Assembly (NCBI GenBank): GCA_017546805.1
Contig: JAFYRT010000063.1
Coordinates: 10,289 to 74,288, forward strand
Origin: Muribaculaceae bacterium
GTDB taxonomy: Bacteria; Bacteroidota; Bacteroidia; Bacteroidales; G3-4614
Direction of reading: 5' to 3'
DNA length: 64,000 nucleotides
Shown: one piece after another, positions 57,057 to 64,000 of the stretch
Layout: each line of letters begins with the position of its first letter
Position numbering within the stretch: position 1 is the stretch's first letter
Translations under genes and position numbers: made by a program
Notes under the pieces: model-generated
What the model was told of the DNA's origin: nothing
Database searches by the model: none
The model's input: the letters and a program-made list of their open reading frames with translations, nothing else

Positions 57057-58211
57057 ATGATTAAAACAATGAAAAATATTATATATTTATTATCAATATT
57101 ATTTATTTTGTCATCGTGTGGTAACAGAGATATATTCTCTGTAAAAGAGATTGAGGGTGAATTTACCGATTACAATGGTGAAAATATTTATGCGGTATAT
57201 GAAAATTTTGAATCGGGAATTGTTACTGATACTCTCTCTGTCATAAAAAATAAATTTAAACATAATCTTAAATTAAATAGTAGCAGAACTCCTGTTTTAC
57301 TGTTAGATGAAAATAATAACAATATAACATTGCTATTTCTAAAAGAGAATGATAAGGTCTCTTTATCAGGTTCTTCAAAACCATATAAAGCTATTGTTTC
57401 AAAAGATTCAATTAATATATCATTAAGTGAATTTCTTAATGAAAACAGCAAATTGTTTTATGAATATGACTCTTTGAAAAATGTTTTTATATCTCAATAT
57501 ACTGATTCTTTATATATTCAAAAATTGGATAGTGTAAATGATTCCATTATAAGGGTGGCAACCAAATTTGTTAATTCAAACTTAACATCTCCTGTATCTA
57601 CATTTGTTTTATATAACTATATAGCATCGCCAAAATATAAAAAACTAACCAAAGATTTATCCGAAAAATTATCTCCATCGGCAAAAGAGGAGGTTATATC
57701 GGCTCGTATTGAACACTTTGCCGCTTTGCAAAAATTTGATAAAGGTAAAGTGTTACCATATTCTCAATTAAGAACTCCAAAGGATAGTTTGATTTATAGT
57801 TATACATACAAAAATAAAATTACAATTCTAACCTTTTGGGACTCTTCCGACTCTTTGTCTATTTCAAAAGTTAAAGAGATGGAGGTTTTTTATGATACCT
57901 TAAAACAAAAAGATAAGATATCTTCTCATATGATTTCGTTGGATATTGATAAATACAGATGGCTTTCGGTATTGGATAGTATTAAAACAAAATCTTGGCA
58001 AACTCATATATCCGATGGTTGGATGAATAAAGATATTTCTACCATAAATTTAAGATCTGTACCATCTGTTTTTCTTCTGAATCGTAATGGTATAATAATA
58101 GGTAGAGAGTTGGAGTTTGATTCTCTCTCTTATCTTATTGGTAAAACCATAATCAATAATGACAGTATTGATGAAATAAGAAAAAACAGAAATAAAAAAG
58201 GTAAAAAATAA
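57057..58211 (+). CDS. Lipoprotein with a thioredoxin-like (TlpA/AhpC-type) C-terminal domain lacking the CxxC motif
   Basis: The start is set at ATG 57057 (MIKTMKNIIYLLSILFILSSCGN, with a lipobox). The thioredoxin-fold region ITILTFWDSSDSLS...VPSVFLLNRNGIIIG has WDSSDS where WCGPC is expected. Confidence 0.6.
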   Translation: MIKTMKNIIYLLSILFILSSCGNRDIFSVKEIEGEFTDYNGENIYAVYENFESGIVTDTLSVIKNKFKHNLKLNSSRTPVLLLDENNNNITLLFLKENDKVSLSGSSKPYKAIVSKDSINISLSEFLNENSKLFYEYDSLKNVFISQYTDSLYIQKLDSVNDSIIRVATKFVNSNLTSPVSTFVLYNYIASPKYKKLTKDLSEKLSPSAKEEVISARIEHFAALQKFDKGKVLPYSQLRTPKDSLIYSYTYKNKITILTFWDSSDSLSISKVKEMEVFYDTLKQKDKISSHMISLDIDKYRWLSVLDSIKTKSWQTHISDGWMNKDISTINLRSVPSVFLLNRNGIIIGRELEFDSLSYLIGKTIINNDSIDEIRKNRNKKGKK

Positions 58212-58219
58212 TATATAAA

Positions 58220-59758
58220 ATGCTTACAAAAATTTACGCTGCTGCTCTTCAAGGTATTGAGGCTCAAATAGTAACAATTGAGGTAAACTGCACTCAAGGA
58301 ATACAATTCTTTATGGTGGGTTTGCCCGATGCTGCTGTTAAAGAGAGTCATCAGCGTATAATTTCTGCTCTTTCGCATAATGGACTTAAATTCCCGCGCA
58401 GAAAGGTGGTGGTTAATCTTGCTCCTGCCGATATAAAAAAAGAGGGTTCGGCATACGATTTACCTATTGCAATTGGTTTATTAGCAGCAAACGAGGAACT
58501 TAAAAGCGATAAATTTAGAGATTATCTTATTATGGGAGAGTTATCGCTCGATGGTTCGATACTACCCATTAAAGGTGCTTTACCAATTGCCATAATGGCA
58601 AAAGAGCAAGGATATAGAGGTTTTATTCTTCCTAAAGAGAATGCTTTGGAGGCTGCCGTTGTTGAGGGATTGGAGGTATTCGGAGTTGAAAACATTAATG
58701 AGGTTGTTGCCTATTTTAATGATGAACAAGAACTACAACCAGTAATTATTGATACCCAAAGTGAATTTTATGATAAACAACATCTATTTAATATAGATTT
58801 TGAAGATGTAAAGGGTCAGGAAAATGTAAAACGTGCATTTGAGGTTGCAGCCGCAGGAGGTCATAATCTTATAATGATAGGTCCTCCCGGTTCGGGAAAA
58901 TCAATGTTGGCAAAAAGAATTCCTACCATACTTCCTCCACTCACTTTGGACGAAGCTCTTGAAACCACAAAGATTCACTCCGTTGCAGGTCGTACCTCAG
59001 AAGGTGGTTCTTTGATTACATGTCGTCCTTTTCGTTCGCCTCACCACACAATTTCCGGAGTGGCATTGGTTGGAGGTGGAACATATCCTCAACCCGGAGA
59101 GATTTCATTGGCTCACAACGGAGTGCTGTTTTTAGATGAATTACCAGAGTTTTCACGTTCGGTATTAGAGGTGATGCGTCAACCTCTTGAAGACCGAAAA
59201 ATAACAATCTCAAGAGCTAAAAACACAGTTGAATATCCTGCAGGCATAATGTTGGTGGCAAGTATGAATCCATGTCCTTGTGGGTACTATAATCACCCTA
59301 CAAAAGAGTGTATTTGCAGTGAAGGTGCTGTTAGTCGTTACCTTAACAGAATTTCAGGACCATTGTTAGACCGCATTGATATACAAATAGAGGTGGTTCC
59401 TGTTGAGTTTGATAAACTCTCATCAACTGTAAAGGGCGAATCGAGTGCGGTTATAAGAGAGCGTGTAATAAAGGCAAGAGAGATGCAAACAGAGCGTTTT
59501 AAAGATACTCCCGGAGTATATTGCAATGCTCAAATGAATACACGTTTGTTAAATAAGTGGGCTTTGCCCGATAGCGATAGCATTGCAATGCTTAAAACTG
59601 CCATGGAGAAATTTAATCTTTCGGCACGTGCATACGATCGTATTTTAAAGGTTGCCCGTACAATTGCCGATTTAGAAGGAAGTGAGAGTGTTAAGAGTTA
59701 TCATATTCAGGAGGCTATTACATATCGTAACCTCGACAGAGGTAATTGGGGCAGATGA
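58220..59758 (+). CDS. comM: YifB/ComM-family Mg-chelatase-like AAA+ ATPase
   Basis: 512 aa. It has an N-terminal Lon-like domain, Walker A GPPGSGKS, Walker B VLFLDELPEF, and a C-terminal ChlI-like region. Confidence 0.93.
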   Translation: MLTKIYAAALQGIEAQIVTIEVNCTQGIQFFMVGLPDAAVKESHQRIISALSHNGLKFPRRKVVVNLAPADIKKEGSAYDLPIAIGLLAANEELKSDKFRDYLIMGELSLDGSILPIKGALPIAIMAKEQGYRGFILPKENALEAAVVEGLEVFGVENINEVVAYFNDEQELQPVIIDTQSEFYDKQHLFNIDFEDVKGQENVKRAFEVAAAGGHNLIMIGPPGSGKSMLAKRIPTILPPLTLDEALETTKIHSVAGRTSEGGSLITCRPFRSPHHTISGVALVGGGTYPQPGEISLAHNGVLFLDELPEFSRSVLEVMRQPLEDRKITISRAKNTVEYPAGIMLVASMNPCPCGYYNHPTKECICSEGAVSRYLNRISGPLLDRIDIQIEVVPVEFDKLSSTVKGESSAVIRERVIKAREMQTERFKDTPGVYCNAQMNTRLLNKWALPDSDSIAMLKTAMEKFNLSARAYDRILKVARTIADLEGSESVKSYHIQEAITYRNLDRGNWGR

Positions 59759-59883
59759 TTTTTTGTGAGTAGTGTTTTATTTAAATCTTTAAAATTAAAA
59801 AAAGAGTGTACTGAAATAAACCTTTTGTCAAAAATATGCTCACAATTAAAAAATAGGATTTTTATACTGATATTAGATAATTA

Positions 59884-59891
59884 TAGTTTTG
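59884..59891 (+). promoter_or_regulatory. -7 promoter motif upstream of the large TPR gene
   Basis: TAGTTTTG lies 20 nt upstream of ATG 59912. Confidence 0.35.
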
Positions 59892-59911
59892 TGAATTAAA
59901 CATAATAAGAA

Positions 59912-62911
59912 ATGAGATATCCCAAAATAATATTCAAAATAGTACTGTTGTTTACTATATTCTTCTCTTTGGTCGTTAATGCTCAAGAGAATGTTGTTCT
60001 GTTTACCACCCCTAATTCTCTTGTAAATATGTATAAGAGTGGAAATTCTCTTGGGGTAAATCATAAACTTGATAATGCTCTTTATGATGGTAATTACAAT
60101 GTTCATCATACATCGGAAATAGATGCGGAATATCTTAAATTAGAGAGTGCATATCGTTCGGGAGATAGGGATATTAAGAGTAAAATAACGGAGTATAAAA
60201 AGAATAACAACGACCTTTTATATGCGCAAAGGGTTGAATTGATGTTGGCTAATGCTTATGTGGCAGAGGGTGATTTTGAAGATGCTGAAAAGTGTTTCAA
60301 TAATATTGATTTCAACCGTCTCTCTACTGACGAACAGGAGGAGTATGTGATAAATAAAAGCATAATGCTATTCAGTAAAAAGGAGTATGCTCAAGCAGAA
60401 GAGGAGTTGAGTAAAATTGATACTAAAAAATCGGTAAACAGAATACCTGTACTATTTCATATGGCTTGTGCCAACTATGCACAAGAAGATTATACCTCAG
60501 CCGAGGAGCAGTTTTTATTGTGTAAAGATGATAAAATATACGGTGAGAGTGCAAAATATTATTTGACAAATATTGATTTTGTTTTAAAACGTTACTCTTC
60601 GTCTGTTGCATCGGCTGAAGAGTTATTGAATAACCCTAACTGTTCGGAAAGTTATATATCTCCTCTTAAAAAGATTTGTGGTGAGAGTTATTTTGCAACA
60701 GACAATATAGATAGTGCTATAAAATATCTTCAAGAGTATAATCAGGCAACAGGTGGTGATAAACGCAGCATATATCTTTTGGGTGTGGCGCTATATAATA
60801 AAGAGCAATATGCCGATGCTATAAAAACATTGATTATGCTTACCAATGAGAATAACCAATATTCTCAAAGTGCTTATCTATATTTGGGACACTCTTATTT
60901 AAAGACCAACGATAAAAACGGAGCTATATTCGCCTATGAAAAGGCTATGACAGAAGATGTAGACCTACAGGCAAAAGAGTGTGCAATGTTTAACTATTGC
61001 GTGCTTGTTGAGGAGAGTAATATACTTCCGTTCGATAAAAAGATTGAGATTTATGAAAATTATATAAATCTCTTTCCAAAGAATTCAAATGCAGAGACAA
61101 TAAATCAACTATTGGCTGCAAGTTATTACACCACAAAAAATTATAAAGCTGCTTTAGTATCGGTAAATAAGGTAAACAATCCTACCAAAGAGTTGTTAAA
61201 GGCTAAACAGATAATACTTTATAATTTGGCTACTCAGGAGTTTGAGAAAAAAGAGTATGCTAAAGCAAAAGATTATTTTAATCAAAGCATAAATGTTGGC
61301 GATTATAGTACAGATATCAAAGCTAAAGCATATTTATGGAGGGGAGAGATAAATTATATGTTCAAGAGCTATTCTAAAGCCGAGAGCGATTTCAAGAAAC
61401 ATATTTCTTTATTGAAACAACCCGATATAAATGCTTATTACTCGCTTGGATATGCCTTTTTTATGCAAAAAATGTATAGCGAGGCAGAGAAACAATTCAG
61501 TAAATATATTGCAAAAAACAGTAGTGATAAGGCTGTTAAAGCCGATGCCTACAATCGTAAAGGTGATTGCTTGTACATGACAAAGAGATATAGTGATGCA
61601 ATAAAGGCTTTTAGCGGGGCAGAAAAAATTTATAATCTCACTGCCGATTACTCTATCTACATGCAAGGTATTATATACGGTGTGGAGAATCAGTATGGCA
61701 ACAAGATTGAAGCTATGAATAATCTTATAAAACTATATCCTAAATCACCTTACGCACCAAAAGCCGTAATAGAAAAAGGAAATGCTCAAATTGCTTTAAA
61801 TCAGTATGACGAGGCTTTGAGCTCTTTTGCAAAGGTGTACGACCTCTATCCAAAGACAAATGAAGCTCGTGAGGCTTTGTTACAATCGGCTTTGATATAT
61901 ATGAACAAAGGTGAGAGTGCCAAAGCTGTATCGGCTTATAAGACACTAATAGAGGAGTATTCGGGCAGTAATGAAGCTAAGGTTGCAATGGAAGATTTGA
62001 AAAACTATCACGTTCAGCAGGGTAATATTGAGCCATATGCAAACTATATAAAAGAGATTAAGGGTGATGACGTATACAGTAATGCTCAAATGGACTCTTT
62101 GACTTATTATGCTGCAGAGAGTGCCTTTTTGCAATCGCCAAGCGACAAGAGTATTACTCAGTTGAAAAACTATATAAACAAATATCCTGCAGGAACATTT
62201 AAAGCCAATGCTTCGTATTATGTGGGACAATATGCCTTCAACAACAATAACTTTGATGAGGCACGACTATTTTTTGAAAAGGTATTGGTAAGTAAAAATA
62301 TCATATTACTCGAAGAGACTCTTCACTCTTTAGCTTCAATCGAAGAGTTGGATAAAAACTATGAAAAGGCATATCAATACTATCTTCGCCTTGCTACCGA
62401 ATATGGTACAACACAGCTTGGAAAAGAGGCAAAATCGTCGGTTGTGAGAGTTTTGGCATTGGACGGAAAGGATAGTGAGGTGATAAGCATGGCTTCGCAA
62501 ATATTATCGGATGATACCGATGATATTCCAAACCTCGACGAAGTAAGATATTATAGAGCAAAAGCCTACACTTCTTTAGGTAATATTGAAAAAGCAGAAG
62601 ATGATTGGGAGGAGTTATCTGCCATTACGCACACTTCATATTCGTCGGAAGCTAAATATATGATAGCTGAGTTATACTATAACAAAGGTATGCTTTCAGA
62701 GGCAGAAGAGAGTGTAAATAAGCTTCTGTCAAGTAGTAATATTGACAGATATTGGATTGCTCGAGGAATAATATTGTTGTCAGATATTTCGGATGAACAA
62801 GGCGATAGATTTAAAGCTAAACAATACTTAAACAGCCTAAAGAGCAACTATACCGAAAAAGATGATATTCAAACCATGATAAAAACAAGATTAGCTAAAT
62901 ATGAGAACTAA
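59912..62911 (+). CDS. Large secreted tetratricopeptide-repeat protein (999 aa)
   Basis: It has a signal peptide (LLFTIFFSLVVNAQEN), and TPR-like A/Y/L periodicity runs the whole length (e.g. AYLYLGHSYLKTNDKNGAIFAYEKA). Confidence 0.8.
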   Translation: MRYPKIIFKIVLLFTIFFSLVVNAQENVVLFTTPNSLVNMYKSGNSLGVNHKLDNALYDGNYNVHHTSEIDAEYLKLESAYRSGDRDIKSKITEYKKNNNDLLYAQRVELMLANAYVAEGDFEDAEKCFNNIDFNRLSTDEQEEYVINKSIMLFSKKEYAQAEEELSKIDTKKSVNRIPVLFHMACANYAQEDYTSAEEQFLLCKDDKIYGESAKYYLTNIDFVLKRYSSSVASAEELLNNPNCSESYISPLKKICGESYFATDNIDSAIKYLQEYNQATGGDKRSIYLLGVALYNKEQYADAIKTLIMLTNENNQYSQSAYLYLGHSYLKTNDKNGAIFAYEKAMTEDVDLQAKECAMFNYCVLVEESNILPFDKKIEIYENYINLFPKNSNAETINQLLAASYYTTKNYKAALVSVNKVNNPTKELLKAKQIILYNLATQEFEKKEYAKAKDYFNQSINVGDYSTDIKAKAYLWRGEINYMFKSYSKAESDFKKHISLLKQPDINAYYSLGYAFFMQKMYSEAEKQFSKYIAKNSSDKAVKADAYNRKGDCLYMTKRYSDAIKAFSGAEKIYNLTADYSIYMQGIIYGVENQYGNKIEAMNNLIKLYPKSPYAPKAVIEKGNAQIALNQYDEALSSFAKVYDLYPKTNEAREALLQSALIYMNKGESAKAVSAYKTLIEEYSGSNEAKVAMEDLKNYHVQQGNIEPYANYIKEIKGDDVYSNAQMDSLTYYAAESAFLQSPSDKSITQLKNYINKYPAGTFKANASYYVGQYAFNNNNFDEARLFFEKVLVSKNIILLEETLHSLASIEELDKNYEKAYQYYLRLATEYGTTQLGKEAKSSVVRVLALDGKDSEVISMASQILSDDTDDIPNLDEVRYYRAKAYTSLGNIEKAEDDWEELSAITHTSYSSEAKYMIAELYYNKGMLSEAEESVNKLLSSSNIDRYWIARGIILLSDISDEQGDRFKAKQYLNSLKSNYTEKDDIQTMIKTRLAKYEN

Positions 62912-64000
62912 ACAGATAATATTATTTGCCATAACAGCTTTAATATTTAATATATATCAGGTTAAAGCACAAAATATAGATAGGGAGGTTACCATAGAGA
63001 AGGAGTATACCCCTGAAGTTGAAATGGCAGTAAAAAAGACAGGTGTACCCAAGGCAGAAAATCCAAGGGTTGAAAAACCTCAAAGCGAATACTCTTCATG
63101 GGCTCTACCTTTGGCAGAAACACCATCGTCACAACCTCTTTTGGTAAGAGATTTAAGTAATCAACAAAATTATGATGCTCAAAGAGGATATGCCAATTTT
63201 GGTATGGGAAATAATCTTAATATTAATGCCGATGCAGGTATAAGATTAATAAACACTAAAAGCAACCAATTGGGTGTTTGGTATAACCATACATCAACAG
63301 GAGGAAGACTCAAATATAAAGATAATGTTCCTGTATATGGAGGAAGTGATGTGTATCAACACCTGAATAGCAATGTGGTAAATTTAAATTACAAACATGT
63401 GTTCAATAAATTGGAGTGGGAGTCGAGTGTTGCCTACAAACATAATAAATTCAACTATTATGGTGCTCCACTAATGCCCCAATATCAAACTCCATCGGGG
63501 GCTGAATATCAAAATGTAAATAACTATGCAATAGGAACATCGTTTCGTTCAACAAAAAATGATAAATTTACAATAGCTGCCTCAATAGGATTTGTTGGTT
63601 ATTACAATAAATCGGGATATATTATCGGCGAAGCGGGTGGTAGAGAGAATCACCTTAAAACAAACTTTGAAATAGAAACTCGTTTAAGAGGTATAAATAA
63701 TCGTTTGGGTGTGGATGTGAAAATGGATAATCTTTTCTATAACTCCGCAGCTTTGGCAAACAACTACACCATATTTTCGATTACTCCATTCTATAAGTTC
63801 TCAAACAGTGCAATACGTCTAAAAGCAGGAGTAAAGATGGATATCTCTGCCAATGATGGAACAATTTTCCGTTTTGCTCCGGATGTTGAATTTAATGCCG
63901 ACTTGGGTAAATATTTTCAGTTCTATACAATTATAAATGGCGGAAAGGAGCTTAATACTTGGAATAAAACATCTGCCCGTAACATATATATAAATCCAAC
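62901..64000 (+). CDS. Putative outer-membrane beta-barrel protein, 3'-truncated by the window edge (not in the ORF track)
   Basis: ATG at 62901 overlaps the TPR gene by 11 nt. I translated the frame to nt 64000 without a stop. It reads MRTKQIILFAITALIFNIYQVKAQ (signal peptide), followed by alternating aromatic/polar beta-strand-like segments (GVWYNHTSTGG, FTIAASIGFVGYY, IRLKAGVKMDIS). Confidence 0.6.
   Translation, partial: MRTKQIILFAITALIFNIYQVKAQNIDREVTIEKEYTPEVEMAVKKTGVPKAENPRVEKPQSEYSSWALPLAETPSSQPLLVRDLSNQQNYDAQRGYANFGMGNNLNINADAGIRLINTKSNQLGVWYNHTSTGGRLKYKDNVPVYGGSDVYQHLNSNVVNLNYKHVFNKLEWESSVAYKHNKFNYYGAPLMPQYQTPSGAEYQNVNNYAIGTSFRSTKNDKFTIAASIGFVGYYNKSGYIIGEAGGRENHLKTNFEIETRLRGINNRLGVDVKMDNLFYNSAALANNYTIFSITPFYKFSNSAIRLKAGVKMDISANDGTIFRFAPDVEFNADLGKYFQFYTIINGGKELNTWNKTSARNIYINP

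Overview
This is a chromosomal segment from a low-GC member of the Bacteroidota, probably Bacteroidales-like. That assignment rests on TTTG/TAnnTTTG promoter motifs, a T9SS C-terminal sorting domain, a glsB/glsA-type glycine-lipid gene pair and DUF4271-hemD synteny. About 60 protein genes are supportable and most are housekeeping. They include a uvrC 3' fragment, dtd, deoC, polA, ribH, recF and a complete Bacteroidota-style dcw cluster (rsmH-ftsL-ftsI-murE-mraY-murD-ftsW-murG-murC-ftsQ-ftsA-ftsZ, 16.4-31.3 kb). They also include serS, ychF, rnpA-yidD, tyrS, mutS, nadA, purN and comM/yifB. RNA genes are tRNA-Gln(UUG) and two identical tandem tRNA-Asn(GUU). Two coding regions are missing from the supplied ORF track: a 55-aa 2x[4Fe-4S] ferredoxin at 9504-9671 (-), and an ORF at 62901-64000 (+) that runs off the window. 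Three regions deserve a second look. (1) 54562-55277 is a 716-bp, very AT-rich, repeat-dense gap. Synonymous-codon strand composition visibly flips polarity across it, and it carries near-consensus DnaA boxes, so it is a candidate oriC. (2) 47.3-54.05 kb holds a membrane Ser/Thr kinase plus an HTH-like partner, transcribed divergently from an orphan 217-aa gene and a 1131-aa T9SS adhesin (vWA-like region, 7 InlB-type B-repeats, DUF1566/Fib_succ lectin-like domain). The control region between them contains a perfect 13-bp inverted repeat bracketing 238 bp with a promoter motif, which could be an invertible promoter or a structured leader. An IS256-family transposase stub lies at the distal end. 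(3) Small dispersed repeat families occur in intergenic DNA: a GTGTCAAAAT...TTTGGCAC hairpin family and CTAATTY heptamers. All calls come from reading the sequence and translations. No searches or numerical skew calculations were run.
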